Below are positions 1 to 13,094 of a stretch of DNA of 32,000 nt, piece after piece. Under the pieces are notes generated by a model. It was not told the origin of the DNA, did no database searches, and saw only the letters and a list, made by a program, of their open reading frames with translations. The stretch covers positions 330,819 to 362,818 of the forward strand of contig NZ_CP046222.1 in the NCBI RefSeq assembly GCF_012571795.1, given 5' to 3'. The position numbers and the translations under genes are program-made. This DNA is from Candidatus Saccharimonadota bacterium. GTDB lineage: Bacteria > Pseudomonadota > Gammaproteobacteria > Enterobacterales > Enterobacteriaceae. Numbering within the stretch: the first letter of the stretch is position 1; each line of letters opens with the position of its first letter.

Positions 1-560
1 TAAAATATGTTACATATCATGTTACATAAATATTTAAAATTATTATTGTGAAAAACTTTCATTATTAAAGTACCTTGGTATGCTAAATATATTTTACATA
101 AATTTAATACCAATATATTTAAATTAACTGAACGTTCAGCATCTATTATTTTTATACCAGAAATATTAGGAGATATATCAGACATTATAACATGTACTTT
201 TTTAGCATTTAATTTATTTGCCAATAGTTTTAATGTATGAGAATCAAATATATTGCCTGTAAAAAAATCTACATTATGTATATTATTCATAGGTAATATA
301 TCACAAGCAATAACTTTCCCTGTATGACCTATTGTAGATGCCGCAAAACATGACCATCCACCAGGAGAAGAACCTAAATCAATAACATACATTCCTTTTT
401 TAAAAATTTTATCTTGTTTATGTAATTCTGATAACTTAAACCACGAACGAGAACGAAATTTTTTTATATTAACTTGTGTTTGTTTTACATAATAATCATT
501 AAAATGGTTTTTTAACCATGTTTTTCGTGATATATTTTTTTTTGTATTTATAAAGGTCAT
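1..560 (-). CDS. rlmE: 23S rRNA U2552 2'-O-methyltransferase RlmE/FtsJ; 3' end runs off the window (about 186 codons visible)
   Basis: Absent from the ORF track because it is open to the window edge. Manual minus-strand translation from ATG at 560..558 gives MTFINTKKNISRKTWLKNHFNDYYVKQTQVNIKKFRSRSWFKLSELHKQDKIFKKGMYVIDLGSSPGGWSCFAA...KVIACDILPM...HVIMSDISPNISG... This matches E. coli RlmE motifs (RSRAWFKL, DLGAAPGGWS, ACDILPM, MSDMAPNMSG). Confidence 0.85.
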   Translation of the reverse strand, partial: MTFINTKKNISRKTWLKNHFNDYYVKQTQVNIKKFRSRSWFKLSELHKQDKIFKKGMYVIDLGSSPGGWSCFAASTIGHTGKVIACDILPMNNIHNVDFFTGNIFDSHTLKLLANKLNAKKVHVIMSDISPNISGIKIIDAERSVNLNILVLNLCKIYLAYQGTLIMKVFHNNNFKYLCNMICNIF

Positions 561-729
561 ATATTTAATTAACAATTATACTATGTTATAATTGAATAAT
601 GATTTGAATTAAATTATTATTTTAAATAAATATATCAAAAATTTTTAATAATTGCAATTCGGTATATTGAATTTTTAATAAATCATTATATAAGTCTTTA
701 AAAAATATATTATATAGATAATATTACAT

Positions 730-1182
730 ATGAAAAATATAGATATTAAAATTTTAGATAAACGTATGGGGCATATATTTTCATTACCAAAATATGCTAC
801 TTTAGGTTCTGCAGGATTAGATTTAATAGCATGTATAGATAAAACCATAATAATTAATCCTAATAAAACTAAATTATTACCAACAGGTATAGCTATATAT
901 ATAAAAGATCCTAATATTGCTGCTGTTATTATACCACGATCAGGGTTAGGACATTATTATGGTATTATTTTAGGAAATTTAATAGGATTAATAGATTCAG
1001 ATTATCAAGGGCAATTAATGGTATCTATATGGAATAGAAATAATAATATAATACAAATATCTCCAGGATCAAAAATTGCTCAAATAATATTTTTACCAAT
1101 TTATAAAATTAAATTTAATATAGTAAAAACATTTAAAGAATCTTTAAGAGGTACTAAAGGTTTTGGTCATACAGGATTATAA
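730..1182 (+). CDS. dut: dUTP diphosphatase (dUTPase)
   Basis: 150-aa ORF collinear with E. coli Dut: SAGLDLxAC, PTGIAI, PRSGLGHxxGI, [29 protein letters not shown]. Confidence 0.95.
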   Translation: MKNIDIKILDKRMGHIFSLPKYATLGSAGLDLIACIDKTIIINPNKTKLLPTGIAIYIKDPNIAAVIIPRSGLGHYYGIILGNLIGLIDSDYQGQLMVSIWNRNNNIIQISPGSKIAQIIFLPIYKIKFNIVKTFKESLRGTKGFGHTGL

Positions 1183-1317
1183 TAAATAATATATTCATTA
1201 TGCAAAAATAATATTATTATATATTTTTTATTATATAAATAATATTATTTTTTATTTATATATTTATATATTTATAACAATATATTTTTTATAAAATATA
1301 GTTTGTTTATAAATTAT

Positions 1318-4300
1318 TTAATTTTTATTAGTTTTATCTATTAAATTTGCATTTAATAATTCTGTTAAATTAGCAGCTGCTTCTGTAATATTATCATAAG
1401 TTTGTTTAGACTTATTTTGTTGTCTTTGTTTTTGATGATATGCATAACCAGTACCAGCAGGAATTAATCTTCCTACAATCACATTTTCTTTTAAGCCTTT
1501 TAATTGATCATATTTACCTGCAACTGCTGATTCTGTTAAAACCCTTGTAGTTTCTTGGAATGAAGCAGCAGAAATAAAGGAAGATGTTGCTAAAGAAGCT
1601 TTAGTGATACCTAATAAATCTCTTTTGTACTTAATAATTTTTTTATTTTGATTTTTTAATTTATTATTGATAACTTTGATTTGAGATACTTCAACTTGTT
1701 CACCAATAAAAAAATCAGAATCCCCTTGATCTATAACAGTAGCTTTACGTAACATTTGTCTAATAATAACTTCTATATGTTTATCATTAATTTTTACACC
1801 TTGTAATCTATATACATCTTGTACTTCATTAATAATATAATGTGTTACTGCATTTACTCCTCGTAAGCGTAGAATATCATGTGAAGATTCAGGACCATCA
1901 GAAATAATATCACCCTTATTAACTAGTTCACCTTCAAAAACATTTAATTGACGCCATTTAGGTATCATTTCTTCATAAGTTGTTAAATTACTAGAAGAAT
2001 TCATTGGTGTTATAATAATTCTTCTTTTTCCTTTAGTTTCTTTTCCAAAAGATATAATTCCACTAATTTCAGCTAAAATAGCTGCATCTTTTGGACGTCT
2101 AGCTTCAAATAAATCAGCGACTCTAGGCAATCCACCTGTAATATCTTTCGTACTAATTGATTCTTGAGGGACTCTAGCTAGTATATCACCAGTGTTAATA
2201 TGTACTCCATCATTTAAATTAATTATAGCTTTTCCTGGTAAAAAATAATGTGCTGGCATGTCTGTTCCAGGAATAATAATATCATTATTTTGATCATCTA
2301 TAATTTTTAACATAGGTCTATAATCTTTACTTATACTTGTTCTTTCTGAAGAATCTAAAATAACAATAGATGATAATCCAGTTAAATCATCTGTTTGTTT
2401 TATGATATTTTGACCTTCTAACATATTACAAAATTTTACTATACCTGTTACTTCACTAATAATAGGCATAGTATGTGGATCCCAATATGCTACTATTTCT
2501 CCTGAGTTAACTTGCATACCATGTTGTTTTGTTACTGTTGCACCATATGGTATTTTATAATTTTCTATAGTTTTTCCCATGCTATTTATAATTTTAAGCA
2601 TAACATTACGTGTAGTAATTATTAATTTTCCTAAAGAATTAATAACATATTTCATATTAACTAAGTTAATAAAACCTGTTTCTTTAACTTGAACACTAGA
2701 TTCTGTAGCTGTTCTTGAAGCAGCACCTCCTATATGAAATGTTCTCATTGTTAATTGTGTACCGGGTTCTCCAATAGATTGAGCAGCAATAACACCAATA
2801 GCTTCTCCTTGATTAATTAAATGTCCTCTAGCTAAATCTCTACCATAACAATACGAACATACACCAAAAGTTGTTTCACAACTAACAACAGATCTAACAA
2901 TTATATTTTCTATAGAAAATTCTTCTAAAAGATCACAATAGTATTCATTTAATAATGTATTTTTATTAACTAGTATTTCATTACTATTAGGTTTAATAAT
3001 ATCTTCTAATGTTACTCTACCTAATACACGTTCTCTTAATGGTTCTTTTATTTCACCTCCAGTAATAATAGAAGACATAGTTATACCTTTATTTGTTGAA
3101 CAATTTTTTTCTGTTATAACCAAATCTTGTGCAACATCTACTAATCTACGTGTTAAATATCCAGAATTTGCTGTTTTTAAAGCAGTATCGGCTAAACCTT
3201 TACGCGCACCATGTGTAGATATAAAATATTGAAGTACATTTAATCCTTCTCTAAAATTAGCTATAATTGGTGTTTCAATAATAGAACCATCAGGTTTTGC
3301 CATTAAACCTCTCATCCCAGCTAATTGCCTAATTTGTGCTGCAGATCCTCTAGCACCTGAATCAGCCATCATAAAAATATTATTAAAAGAACTTTGCTTT
3401 TCAATATTACCATGTTTATTCATAATTTTTTCATATGACAAATTAGACATCATTGATTTAGCTACTTTTTCATTTGCTGCAGACCAAATGTCAATAACTT
3501 TATTATATCTTTCTCCAGCTGTGACTAAACCAGATTGAAATTGTTCTTGTATTTCCGAGACTTCAGATTCTGCTTCTTGAATAATATCTTTTTTGTTATA
3601 TGGAATAATTATATCATCTATACCTACAGATGCCCCAGAACGGGCAGCATAATAAAATCCAGTATACATAATTTGATCAGCAAATATAACTGTATCTTTT
3701 AATCCTAAAATTCTATAACATGTATTTAACATTTGCGAAATAGTTTTTTTTCTTAAAGTTTGATTAACTATTTTGTAAGATAATCCTTTAGGAACATAAG
3801 ACCAAAAAATAGCTCTTCCAATAGTAGTATCTATAATTTTAACATTTTTTACAAATATATTTTTTTCTTTATCTAATAAATATTCTGTAATGCGTACTTT
3901 AACACGAGCATGAAGATCAGCTATACCCATAATATAAACACGTTCTGCTTCTTTAGGTCCAGTAAGATACATTCCTTCGCCTTTAGCATTTATACGACCT
4001 TTTGTCATATAATATAAACCTAATACTACATCTTGTGATGGTACAATAATAGGTTCTCCATTAGCTGGAGATAAAATATTATTAGTTGACATCATTAATA
4101 TTCTTGCTTCTAATTGTGCTTCTAATGTAAGTGGTACATGTACAGCCATTTGATCTCCATCAAAATCAGCATTATATGCAGCACAAACTAAAGGATGTAA
4201 TTGTATAGCTTTACCTTCAACTAAAATTGGTTCAAAAGCTTGTATTCCTAATCTATGTAGAGTAGGAGCTCTATTTAATAATATAGGATGTTCTCTAATT

Positions 4301-5544
4301 ACTTCATCTAATATATCCCATACAATAGCGTCTTCTCTTTCAACCATTTTTTTTGCAGTTTTAATTGTATTAGCTAATCCTCGAATTTCTAATTTGCCAT
4401 ATATAAATGGTTTAAATAATTCTAAAGCCATCTTTTTTGGTAATCCGCATTGATGTAAACGCAAATAAGGTCCTACTGTAATAACAGATCTACCTGAATA
4501 ATCTACTCTTTTACCTAATAAATTTTGTCTAAATCTCCCTTGTTTGCCTTTAATCATATCAGCTAAAGATTTTAAAGGACGTTTATTTGATCCAGTAATA
4601 GCACGTCCTCTTCTACCATTATCTAATAATGCATCTACTGATTCTTGTAACATTCTTTTTTCATTTCTAATAATAATATCTGGTGCAGATAATTCTAATA
4701 AACGTTTTAATCTATTATTACGATTAATAACACGACGATATAAATCATTTAAATCAGATGTAGCAAATCTTCCACCATCTAAAGGGACAAGAGGTCTTAA
4801 ATCTGGTGGCAATACAGGCAACACTGTTAATATCATCCATTCTGGTTTATTATCTGAATTTATAAAAGATTCTAATAACTTTATACGTTTAGTAATCTTC
4901 TTCCTTTTAGTTTCAGAATTAGTATTATTAATTTCATTACGTAAATTATTAAATACTTTTGTTAAATTAATTTTTTTTAACAATAACTGTATAGCCTCTG
5001 CACCCATTTGAGCAGAAAATTCATCTCCAAATTCTTCTAATGCATTTAAATATTGTTCTTCAGATAAAATTTGTTGATGTTTTAATGATGTTGTACCTTC
5101 ATCTATTACAATATATGCTTCAAAATAGAGCACACGTTCTATATCTTTTAAAGGTATATTTAATAATAAACCAATTCTAGAAGGTAATGACTTTAAAAAC
5201 CATATATGTGCTATAGGTGCAGCTAATTCAATATGACCCATTCTATCTCTACGTACTTTAGTTTGTGTTACTTCAACACCACATTTTTCACAAACTACTC
5301 CGCGATGTTTTAAACGTTTATATTTACCACATAAACATTCATAATCTTTAATAGGTCCAAAAATACGTGCGCAAAATAAACCATCTCTTTCTGGTTTGAA
5401 AGTACGATAATTTATAGTTTCAGGTTTTTTGACCTCTCCAAACGACCAAGATCTGATCATATCAGCAGAAGCTAAAGTAATTTTTATTGTGTTAAATTCT
5501 TCTATTTTATTTTGTGATTTTAAATATTTAAATTGATCTTTCAC
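1318..5544 (-). CDS. rpoC: DNA-directed RNA polymerase subunit beta'
   Basis: 1408-aa ORF (E. coli 1407 aa). Contains the zinc-finger CxCGKYKRxxxxGxxCxxCGVEV and the [12 protein letters not shown] catalytic motif, with full-length collinearity. Confidence 0.99.
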   Translation of the reverse strand: MKDQFKYLKSQNKIEEFNTIKITLASADMIRSWSFGEVKKPETINYRTFKPERDGLFCARIFGPIKDYECLCGKYKRLKHRGVVCEKCGVEVTQTKVRRDRMGHIELAAPIAHIWFLKSLPSRIGLLLNIPLKDIERVLYFEAYIVIDEGTTSLKHQQILSEEQYLNALEEFGDEFSAQMGAEAIQLLLKKINLTKVFNNLRNEINNTNSETKRKKITKRIKLLESFINSDNKPEWMILTVLPVLPPDLRPLVPLDGGRFATSDLNDLYRRVINRNNRLKRLLELSAPDIIIRNEKRMLQESVDALLDNGRRGRAITGSNKRPLKSLADMIKGKQGRFRQNLLGKRVDYSGRSVITVGPYLRLHQCGLPKKMALELFKPFIYGKLEIRGLANTIKTAKKMVEREDAIVWDILDEVIREHPILLNRAPTLHRLGIQAFEPILVEGKAIQLHPLVCAAYNADFDGDQMAVHVPLTLEAQLEARILMMSTNNILSPANGEPIIVPSQDVVLGLYYMTKGRINAKGEGMYLTGPKEAERVYIMGIADLHARVKVRITEYLLDKEKNIFVKNVKIIDTTIGRAIFWSYVPKGLSYKIVNQTLRKKTISQMLNTCYRILGLKDTVIFADQIMYTGFYYAARSGASVGIDDIIIPYNKKDIIQEAESEVSEIQEQFQSGLVTAGERYNKVIDIWSAANEKVAKSMMSNLSYEKIMNKHGNIEKQSSFNNIFMMADSGARGSAAQIRQLAGMRGLMAKPDGSIIETPIIANFREGLNVLQYFISTHGARKGLADTALKTANSGYLTRRLVDVAQDLVITEKNCSTNKGITMSSIITGGEIKEPLRERVLGRVTLEDIIKPNSNEILVNKNTLLNEYYCDLLEEFSIENIIVRSVVSCETTFGVCSYCYGRDLARGHLINQGEAIGVIAAQSIGEPGTQLTMRTFHIGGAASRTATESSVQVKETGFINLVNMKYVINSLGKLIITTRNVMLKIINSMGKTIENYKIPYGATVTKQHGMQVNSGEIVAYWDPHTMPIISEVTGIVKFCNMLEGQNIIKQTDDLTGLSSIVILDSSERTSISKDYRPMLKIIDDQNNDIIIPGTDMPAHYFLPGKAIINLNDGVHINTGDILARVPQESISTKDITGGLPRVADLFEARRPKDAAILAEISGIISFGKETKGKRRIIITPMNSSSNLTTYEEMIPKWRQLNVFEGELVNKGDIISDGPESSHDILRLRGVNAVTHYIINEVQDVYRLQGVKINDKHIEVIIRQMLRKATVIDQGDSDFFIGEQVEVSQIKVINNKLKNQNKKIIKYKRDLLGITKASLATSSFISAASFQETTRVLTESAVAGKYDQLKGLKENVIVGRLIPAGTGYAYHQKQRQQNKSKQTYDNITEAAANLTELLNANLIDKTNKN

Positions 5545-5629
5545 AAATGTATAACCCCATATTTTATAAGAATTAATAAAAATTATTTGTATAAATAAAA
5601 TTAAATATTATGATTTTCAATAAACATAA

Positions 5630-8600
5630 TCATTTTTTATCTTCTAGATCAATATTCATTCCTAATGAACGTATTTCTTTCAGTAAAACATTAAATGACT
5701 CTGGTATACCAGGTTCCATTTGATGATTGCCATCAACAATATTTTTATACATTTTTGTTCTACCATTTACGTCATCTGATTTAATAGTTAACATTTCCTG
5801 TAAAGTATATGATGCACCATATGCTTCTAATGCCCAAACTTCCATTTCACCAAATCTTTGTCCACCAAATTGTGCTTTACCACCTAATGGCTGTTGTGTA
5901 ACTAAACTATAAGAACCAGTTGACCTTGCATGCATTTTATCATCTACTAAATGATTTAATTTTAACATATACATATAACCTACAGTTACTAGCCTTTCAA
6001 AGGCTTCACCTGTACGGCCATCATATAATTTAATTTGTCCTGAAGTAGGTAAATTTGATAATTTTAATAAATCCTTAATTTCTTTTTCAGTTGCTCCATC
6101 AAATACAGGAGTAGCAACTGGTAAACCTTGTTTTAAATTATTAGCAAGTGCTAAGATTTCTTGATCAGTAAAATTTTGTAGATTAATTTTTTTACATGTA
6201 CCATACCCAATGTCATATGCTTTTTGCATAAATTTTCGTACTTTTTCTATATTATTTTTTTTCTGTAATAATATATTAATTTTATTACCAATACCTTTTG
6301 CTGCCATTCCAAGATGTGTTTCCAATATTTGTCCTATGTTCATTCGTGATGGTACACCTAAAGGATTTAAAACAATATCTACTGGTATACCAAATTCATC
6401 ATATGGCATATCTTCTACAGGACAAATTTTAGAAATTACTCCCTTATTACCATGACGTCCTGCCATTTTATCACCAGGTTGTACTTGTCTTTTAATAGCT
6501 AAATTTATTTTAACTATTTTTAAAATACCTGGTGCTAAATCATCACCACGTATAATTTTTTTCTTTTGTATATCTAATTTTTTTTTAAAAATATATTTTA
6601 GTTTGTCATATTTTTGAATTAATTTTTGTATAATTTTCCGTTTTTGTTTTTCTTTAGAAGATAACAAAGTATGCCATTTGCTATAATGATGTTCTTCAAT
6701 TATTTCTTTAGTACAACCATTATTTATTAAAAAATTATACATATCTGTTAAAATATATTGTTCAAATATTTTTTGTTCTTTAGATAAATCTTGTTGTTTT
6801 TGTTTTAATTCCATTTCTTCAATTTCTATAGTTCTTTTATCTTTTTTGACTCCTTCACGAGTAAAAATTTTAACATCAATTACTATACCAGCAATTCCAT
6901 TAGGAACACGTAAAGAAGTATCTTTTACATCTGAAGCTTTTTCACCAAAAATAGCACGTAATAATTTTTCTTCTGGTGATAATTGTGTTTCTCCCTTAGG
7001 AGTAACTTTACCAACTAATATATCTCCACTTTTTACTTCAGCACCAATATAAACAATACCTGATTCATCTAATTTTGATAAAGCCGATTCACTAACATTT
7101 GGAATATCTGACGTAATTTCTTCTGATCCTAATTTTGTATCACGAGATATACATGATAATTCTTGTATATGTATAGTAGTAAATTTATCTTGTTGTACTA
7201 TTTTTTCTGATAATAATATAGAATCTTCAAAATTATAACCATTCCATGGCATAAAAGCTACTCTCATATTTTGTCCTAAAGCTAATTCGCCTAAATCAGT
7301 AGCTGGACCATCAGCTAAAACATCACCAGCAATGATACTATCACCTAAATTAACACATGGTTTTTGATTAATACATGTATTTTGATTTGAACGTGCATAT
7401 TTAATTAAATTATATATATCTATTTCTGTTTGATATTCATTTTTTAGTAAAATATTTTTCTTGATAATTATACAAGATGCATCTACATATTCTACAATAC
7501 CTGTATGTTTTGCAATAATTGTAACTCCTGAATCTATAGCAACTATTCTTTCCATGCCTGTGCCAACTAAAGGTTTTTCTGTTTGCAATATTGGTACAGC
7601 TTGTCTTTGCATATTTGCACCCATTAAAGCTCTATTAGCATCATCATGTTCTAAAAATGGTATTAAAGAAGCACCTACAGAAACAATTTGTTGTGTTGAT
7701 ACATCCATATATTGAATTTGATTTTTGTGAAATAAATTAGATTCACCTTTATATCTACATGTAATATAATCATCGATTATATTACCATTATTTCCAATAT
7801 TAATATTTGCTTGAGCAATAATATAATTACCTTCTTCAATTGAAGATAAATAACATATTTTTTTGGTAACAATGCTATTTTTAACATATAAATATGGTGT
7901 AACTAAAAAACCATATTCATTAGTTTGAGCATAAACAGATAAAGAATTAATTAAACCAATATTAGGACCTTCAGGTGTTTCTATCGGGCAAACTCTACCA
8001 TAATGAGTAGGATGTACATCTCTAACTTCAAAACCAGCTCTTTCTCGAGTTAATCCTCCAGGACCTAATGCAGAAATACGACGTTTATGAGTAATTTCAG
8101 ATAATGGATTATTCTGATCCATAAATTGTGATAATTGACTAGAACAAAAAAACTCTTTAATAGCTGCAGAAATAGGTTTCGCATTTATAATATCTTGTGG
8201 ATTTAATAATTCAGTTTCTCCTAATGACAATCGTTCTTTTACTGCACGTTCAACACGTATTAATCCTATACGAAACTGGTTTTCTATCATTTCACCTACA
8301 GAACGAATACGTCTATTACCTAAATGATCTATATCATCAATATTGCCTTTACCATTTCTAATAGCAATTAACTTTTTTATAACTTCTGTAATATCATCTT
8401 TATTTAATAATCCAGAACCTATAATATTTGTACGTAATAACGAACAATTTAATTTCATTCTACCAACAGGTGATAAATCATAACGTTCTTCTATAAAAAA
8501 TAATCTTTTAAACAATAATTCTGCTGCTTCTTTAGTTGGTGGTTCTCCAGGTCTCATCATTCTATATATTTCTACCAAAGCTTCTAAACGATCAGATGTT

Positions 8601-9661
8601 GTATCTATTCTAAGAGTATCAGAAATATATGGACCATTATCTAAATCATTAGTAAAGATTGTTTCAATATCAACAAAATGATTTTCAATAATCTTATTGA
8701 TAGAATCTATTGTTAAATAAGTATTAGCAGTAATAATAATTTCTCCTGTATACTTATTTATATAATCTTTTGCAACAACTTTACCTATTAAATATTCTTT
8801 TGGTACACTAATACAATTAATTTTATCTTGTTTTAATTTATTAATATGTTTGAGTGTAATTCGTTGACCTGTTTTTATATAAATAATGTTATTAACTATT
8901 ATATCAAAACTAGCTGTTTCACCTCTTAATCTGTCAGGTACTAATATCATTAATATTTGTTGTTTATTTATTTTAAAAATATTTTTTTGAAAAAAAATAT
9001 TTAATATTTCTCCGGTATCATAGTTTAATGCACGTAATAAAATAGTAATAGGTAATTTTTTTCTTCTATCTATACGCATAAACAAATGATCTTTAGGATC
9101 AAATTCAAAATCTAACCATGAACCTCTATATGGAATAATACGTGCATTATATAATATTTTACCTGAAGAATGTGTTTTACCTTTATCACTATCAAAAAAT
9201 ACTCCAGGACTTCTATGTAACTGTGATACAACAACTCTTTCAATGCCATTAATTATAAATGTACCATTAGATGTCATTAATGGTATTTCACCCATATATA
9301 CTTCTTGTTCTTTTATACTTTTTACATTATTTTTAATATCTTTATCATAATTAATTAATTTTAATGTTACACGTAAAGGAGCTGCATATGTCATACCTCG
9401 AACATGACATTCTTTAACATTAAATATTGGTTTTCCTAAACGAAAACTTATATATTCTAATTTAGAAGTACTGTTATAACTATATATAGGAAAAATAGTT
9501 TTACAGGCGGATTCTAAACCACATACTCCTTGTGAATTAGATTTTATAAATTTTTTAAATGAATCTAATTGAATAGAAAGTAAATATGGGATTTTTAAAA
9601 TTTGAGGTCTTTTCCCAAAATCTTTACGAATACGTTTTTTTTCAGTTTGAGAATAAACCAT
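5630..9661 (-). CDS. rpoB: DNA-directed RNA polymerase subunit beta
   Basis: 1343-aa ORF (E. coli 1342 aa): [17 protein letters not shown] N-terminus, [39 protein letters not shown], [17 protein letters not shown] Shine-Dalgarno motif about 6 nt upstream. Confidence 0.99.
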   Translation of the reverse strand: MVYSQTEKKRIRKDFGKRPQILKIPYLLSIQLDSFKKFIKSNSQGVCGLESACKTIFPIYSYNSTSKLEYISFRLGKPIFNVKECHVRGMTYAAPLRVTLKLINYDKDIKNNVKSIKEQEVYMGEIPLMTSNGTFIINGIERVVVSQLHRSPGVFFDSDKGKTHSSGKILYNARIIPYRGSWLDFEFDPKDHLFMRIDRRKKLPITILLRALNYDTGEILNIFFQKNIFKINKQQILMILVPDRLRGETASFDIIVNNIIYIKTGQRITLKHINKLKQDKINCISVPKEYLIGKVVAKDYINKYTGEIIITANTYLTIDSINKIIENHFVDIETIFTNDLDNGPYISDTLRIDTTSDRLEALVEIYRMMRPGEPPTKEAAELLFKRLFFIEERYDLSPVGRMKLNCSLLRTNIIGSGLLNKDDITEVIKKLIAIRNGKGNIDDIDHLGNRRIRSVGEMIENQFRIGLIRVERAVKERLSLGETELLNPQDIINAKPISAAIKEFFCSSQLSQFMDQNNPLSEITHKRRISALGPGGLTRERAGFEVRDVHPTHYGRVCPIETPEGPNIGLINSLSVYAQTNEYGFLVTPYLYVKNSIVTKKICYLSSIEEGNYIIAQANINIGNNGNIIDDYITCRYKGESNLFHKNQIQYMDVSTQQIVSVGASLIPFLEHDDANRALMGANMQRQAVPILQTEKPLVGTGMERIVAIDSGVTIIAKHTGIVEYVDASCIIIKKNILLKNEYQTEIDIYNLIKYARSNQNTCINQKPCVNLGDSIIAGDVLADGPATDLGELALGQNMRVAFMPWNGYNFEDSILLSEKIVQQDKFTTIHIQELSCISRDTKLGSEEITSDIPNVSESALSKLDESGIVYIGAEVKSGDILVGKVTPKGETQLSPEEKLLRAIFGEKASDVKDTSLRVPNGIAGIVIDVKIFTREGVKKDKRTIEIEEMELKQKQQDLSKEQKIFEQYILTDMYNFLINNGCTKEIIEEHHYSKWHTLLSSKEKQKRKIIQKLIQKYDKLKYIFKKKLDIQKKKIIRGDDLAPGILKIVKINLAIKRQVQPGDKMAGRHGNKGVISKICPVEDMPYDEFGIPVDIVLNPLGVPSRMNIGQILETHLGMAAKGIGNKINILLQKKNNIEKVRKFMQKAYDIGYGTCKKINLQNFTDQEILALANNLKQGLPVATPVFDGATEKEIKDLLKLSNLPTSGQIKLYDGRTGEAFERLVTVGYMYMLKLNHLVDDKMHARSTGSYSLVTQQPLGGKAQFGGQRFGEMEVWALEAYGASYTLQEMLTIKSDDVNGRTKMYKNIVDGNHQMEPGIPESFNVLLKEIRSLGMNIDLEDKK

Positions 9662-9757
9662 ATGTTTCCTCAGTTATTTAATAATATGAATAACTAACTT
9701 TAACGTAAAATATATGTGATAATATAAACTTATAAAAATATTTATATTTTATTAAAT

Positions 9758-10129
9758 TTATTTAATTTCAATTTCTGCACCAGTACTTTTTAATTGTTTT
9801 TCTAATTCTATAGCTTCTTTTTTACTAATTGATTCTTTGATTATGACAGGAGCTGATTCAACTAAATCTTTAGATTCTTTTAATCCTAAATTCATAATAC
9901 TTCTTACTGCTTTAATTACAGCAATTTTATTTTTTCCCATATGTTTAAGATATACATTAAATTCCGTTTGTTCTTCTATAACTTCTTTTGGATTATTATT
10001 TGTATTATTATTTAAAGTATTAGCAACAGAAACTCCAAATTTTTTTTCCATTAATTTTATTAATTCCATTACATCCATGACAGACATAGATTCTACAGCT
10101 TCTATTATTTGTTCTTTAGTTATTGACAT
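9758..10129 (-). CDS. rplL: 50S ribosomal protein L7/L12
   Basis: 123 aa. [25 protein letters not shown]-terminal domain and [27 protein letters not shown] C-terminal domain match E. coli L7/L12. Confidence 0.97.
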   Translation of the reverse strand: MSITKEQIIEAVESMSVMDVMELIKLMEKKFGVSVANTLNNNTNNNPKEVIEEQTEFNVYLKHMGKNKIAVIKAVRSIMNLGLKESKDLVESAPVIIKESISKKEAIELEKQLKSTGAEIEIK

Positions 10130-10198
10130 AATATTTTTCCTAAAAAATAATATTGTTATGTTATTAAATAGATAATGTATGTATAAAATTAAAAAAAT

Positions 10199-10681
10199 TT
10201 ATTTTTTATTTATTGCAAATAAAACATAAATAAGTTGTTCTACTGTAATATTTTTTAAAAATTTTAATAAAATAGATATTGCTTCTTTATATGTAGGTAA
10301 TTCTGCTAACATATCAATATTTTTGTCATATAATTTATTATTAAAAACAGCAGCTTTAATTTTAAAATTATTATTTGTTTGTGCAAAATTTTTAAATAAA
10401 CGTGCAGCAGTTCCTGGATGATCAAAAGAATAACCAACTAATATTGGTCCATATATTTTATCAATTAAATATTTAAAGTGACTATTTTGTATAATAAGTT
10501 TTAATAGTTTATTTCTAATAACATGTATAATAATATTATTATTACGACCATTTTTTCTTAGTTCTGTAATACTATTAACATTAATTCCGGAAAAATCTGC
10601 AATTACTATTGATATAGCTTTTTTATTTATTTCTTTAAATTTTGTAACAATTATTTTTTTTTTATCAAGATTTAATGCCAT
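10199..10681 (-). CDS. rplJ: 50S ribosomal protein L10
   Basis: 160 aa. MALNLxxK..., TELRKxGR, HPGxAARLFKxFA, LPTYxEAI match E. coli L10. Canonical position between rplA and rplL. Confidence 0.95.
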   Translation of the reverse strand: MALNLDKKKIIVTKFKEINKKAISIVIADFSGINVNSITELRKNGRNNNIIIHVIRNKLLKLIIQNSHFKYLIDKIYGPILVGYSFDHPGTAARLFKNFAQTNNNFKIKAAVFNNKLYDKNIDMLAELPTYKEAISILLKFLKNITVEQLIYVLFAINKK

Positions 10682-10809
10682 TAGCTTATTTCACTCTTTG
10701 AATTTATTATAAATACAAGAATAAACTTATTAAAATTCATCATAATTATATATTAATAATTTTTATTAAAAATTTACATTATAATATAAAATATAAATAA
10801 AGTAAAAAA

Positions 10810-11511
10810 TTAAAAATTATTTATACAATCTATTGTTATATCTACTGCTATACCCATAGTAGTAGATAAATATATTTTTTTTATAAAATTTCCTTTAATA
10901 TTACTAGGTTTATTTTTATTAATTTGTTTTATTAAAAATAATATATTTTCTTTAATATCATTATTATTAAAATTTAATTTACCTATGTTTACATGAATAA
11001 TTCCATTTTTATCATTACGAAAATTTATATATCCATTTTTAATCTGTTTAACCGTATTATACACATTATTTGTAATAGTTCCTAATTTAGGATTAGGCAT
11101 TAATCCTTTAGGCCCTAAAATAGGTCCTAATTTGCTAACAATAGTCATAGATTCTGGAGTAGCAATAACTATATTAATTTTTTTAATTTCATTATTAATA
11201 ATTTTATTTGCTAAATCATCCATACCAATAAATTCTGCTCCTGCTTTTTTTGCTTGTATAGCATCTTCTCCAGCAGCAAATACTGCTAATGTTATTATTT
11301 TACCATTACCATGTGGTAATACAACATGACTACGAATATTTTGTTCTGTTTTTTTAGGATCAATGCCTAGCATAATAATAATTTCAATACTTTCAATAAA
11401 ATTAACTGTACTATTATTTTTCAATAATGTTATAGCTTCTGTTATTAAATATTGTCTATTTTGATTGTTTTGTTTATATAAACGAGACATTCGTTTTGTA
11501 TATTTAACCAT
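10810..11511 (-). CDS. rplA: 50S ribosomal protein L1
   Basis: 233 aa. LGPxLGPKGLMPNPKxGT, RNDKNGIIHxxIGK, STTMG motifs as in E. coli L1. Confidence 0.97.
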   Translation of the reverse strand: MVKYTKRMSRLYKQNNQNRQYLITEAITLLKNNSTVNFIESIEIIIMLGIDPKKTEQNIRSHVVLPHGNGKIITLAVFAAGEDAIQAKKAGAEFIGMDDLANKIINNEIKKINIVIATPESMTIVSKLGPILGPKGLMPNPKLGTITNNVYNTVKQIKNGYINFRNDKNGIIHVNIGKLNFNNNDIKENILFLIKQINKNKPSNIKGNFIKKIYLSTTMGIAVDITIDCINNF

Positions 11512-11518
11512 AAATATT

Positions 11519-11950
11519 TTATTCCTTTACTATAGTTAAACCCATAGATTTAGCTGTACCTTCTATAGAACGCATCATAGCTTCAATATTAATCCCTGTC
11601 ATATCAATAAATTTAGTTTTAGCTATTGCACGAATTTGTGTACTGTTAATTTGACCAATAGTATTTATTTTTGTTTTGTCAGAACCTTTTTTAATGCCAA
11701 TAATTTGTTTGATCAATACAGCAGCAGGTGGTGTTTTTATAATAAATGTAAAAGTTTTGTCAATAAAAATTGTAATAATTACTGGTATAGGCATACCTTT
11801 TTCTAAATTATTAGTTTTTGCATTAAATAGTTTACAAAATTCCATAATATTTACTCCATGTTGTCCTAATGCTGGGCCAATAGGTGGACTAGGATTTGCA
11901 GTTCCTGCTGGAACTTGTAATTTTACATAAGTTTTAATTTTTTTTGCCAT
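11519..11950 (-). CDS. rplK: 50S ribosomal protein L11
   Basis: 143 aa. [46 protein letters not shown], TPPAAVLxK, [16 protein letters not shown]. Confidence 0.97.
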   Translation of the reverse strand: MAKKIKTYVKLQVPAGTANPSPPIGPALGQHGVNIMEFCKLFNAKTNNLEKGMPIPVIITIFIDKTFTFIIKTPPAAVLIKQIIGIKKGSDKTKINTIGQINSTQIRAIAKTKFIDMTGINIEAMMRSIEGTAKSMGLTIVKE

Positions 11951-12009
11951 GTAAATAATCCTTCTGTTATAGAAATTTTAAAATAAATTATGTAAAAAAT
12001 AATTATAAA

Positions 12010-12555
12010 TTAACCTTTTTCAACTTGACTAAAATTTAAATCTACAGGTGTAGATCTACCAAATATAGAAACTGAAACTTTTAAACGACTTTTCTCATAA
12101 TCTACTTCTTCTACTACACCATTAAAATCAGAAAAAGGACCATCATTTACTCTAATCATTTCTCCAGGTTCAAATAATATTTTTGGTCGTGGTTTATCAC
12201 CAATTTGTTGTAATTGATTAATAATAATATTAACTTCTTTATCACTAATTGGTGCTGGATTATCAGAAACACCACCTATAAAACCTAAAACTTTAGGTAT
12301 ATTACGTACTAAATGCCAACTATGTTCTTGCATTATCATATGTATTAATATATAACCTGGGAAAAATTTACGGTCACTTCTATATTTTTGACCATTACGT
12401 ATTTCTACTATAGCTTCAGTAGGTATTAATATATCACCGAATAAATCATTCATATTATGTAATTTAATATATTCTCGTAATGATTGCGCTACGCGATTTT
12501 CAAAACCAGAACGAGCATGAATTACATACCATTTCTTTTTTAAAGGTACAGACAT
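12010..12555 (-). CDS. nusG: Transcription termination/antitermination factor NusG
   Basis: The track ORF (12010..12693) carries a spurious 46-aa extension overlapping secE. Homology to E. coli NusG begins at [35 protein letters not shown] (ATG at 12555..12553), giving 181 aa, the same as E. coli. C-terminus ...[26 protein letters not shown]. Confidence 0.95.
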   Translation of the reverse strand: MSVPLKKKWYVIHARSGFENRVAQSLREYIKLHNMNDLFGDILIPTEAIVEIRNGQKYRSDRKFFPGYILIHMIMQEHSWHLVRNIPKVLGFIGGVSDNPAPISDKEVNIIINQLQQIGDKPRPKILFEPGEMIRVNDGPFSDFNGVVEEVDYEKSRLKVSVSIFGRSTPVDLNFSQVEKG

Positions 12556-12566
12556 ATTATTTGACC

Positions 12567-12956
12567 TTATTTCATACAAAAAGATAATAAATAAATTAAA
12601 AAATGATCTAACAACCACAGCATAGAAAACATTATAGTAGCAATTATAAATATAATTATAGTTATTTGTATTGTTTCTAAATATGTAGGCCAAAATACTT
12701 TACGTATTTCCATTCGTGTATTTTGTATAAATACAAATATTTTTTTACCTTTTTTTGTTGTTGAAAAACTCAATAACATTAATAAAAATAAAAAACTAAC
12801 TAAAATATTACGATATATTAACTGTATATCTTGATATATATAATTATATATAATTACTAAAATTAATAAAATTATACTAATAATCCATTTTATAAGTTCA
12901 ATAATATGCTGTATCAAATTTTTTTTAACTCTAAAAATTTTCATCAAAATAACCAA
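12567..12956 (-). CDS. secE: Preprotein translocase subunit SecE
   Basis: 129 aa, three hydrophobic segments. The conserved C-terminal part [24 protein letters not shown]... matches E. coli SecE ([20 protein letters not shown]). Canonical position upstream of nusG. The exact start (M1 vs M5) is uncertain. Confidence 0.85.
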   Translation of the reverse strand: MVILMKIFRVKKNLIQHIIELIKWIISIILLILVIIYNYIYQDIQLIYRNILVSFLFLLMLLSFSTTKKGKKIFVFIQNTRMEIRKVFWPTYLETIQITIIIFIIATIMFSMLWLLDHFLIYLLSFCMK

Positions 12957-13094
12957 TAAAAATAAATTAAGTATAAATTACAATATTATAATATATACAC
13001 ATTATAAATAACATTTTATACAAACTTAATAAATAACTTATATAAAAGAATCAAAGGGGATATTTTAAAAAACCCTTATCTTCTTTTATTATGA

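Noticed and set aside
1232-1262. Perfect 11-bp inverted repeat tatataaataa / ttatttatata (9-nt loop) between convergent dut and rpoC, a possible bidirectional terminator.
   Set aside because: The stem is entirely A:T in a spacer that is nearly pure A/T. Such palindromes arise by chance here and would be thermodynamically weak. It cannot be supported as a terminator from sequence alone.
4544-5011. 155-aa plus-strand ORF inside rpoC. The same applies to the other short opposite-strand ORFs in the track: 5727..5912, 6210..6455, 6846..7052, 7461..7715, 9837..10175, 11132..11329, 11676..11930, 13986..14174, 15620..15805, 15854..16051, 19439..19756, 20788..21045, 25435..25632, 29601..29786.
   Set aside because: Each lies entirely antisense to a highly conserved, full-length housekeeping gene. 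Each has low-complexity hydrophobic composition and no recognisable motif or ribosome-binding site. They are shadow ORFs typical of the antisense strand of real genes.
10682-10809. TATAAT-like and TTGACA-like hexamers in the rplA-rplJ spacer and other spacers, as promoters or as the L10 leader.
   Set aside because: In sequence this A+T-rich, -10-like hexamers occur every few dozen bases. No spacing or -35 combination stood out above background, and I could not recognise the L10-leader fold by eye.
12556-12693. 46-codon N-terminal extension of the nusG ORF overlapping secE.
   Set aside because: Homology to NusG starts exactly at the internal ATG (12555). The extension is Asn/Tyr/Phe low-complexity read-through in a different frame of the secE coding region.
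13054-13077. aaggg...ccctt hairpin, a locally GC-containing spot in the tuf-secE spacer, as a tuf terminator.
   Set aside because: The stem is only 5 bp with a 14-nt loop. It is too weak to call, although it is the only candidate structure in that spacer.
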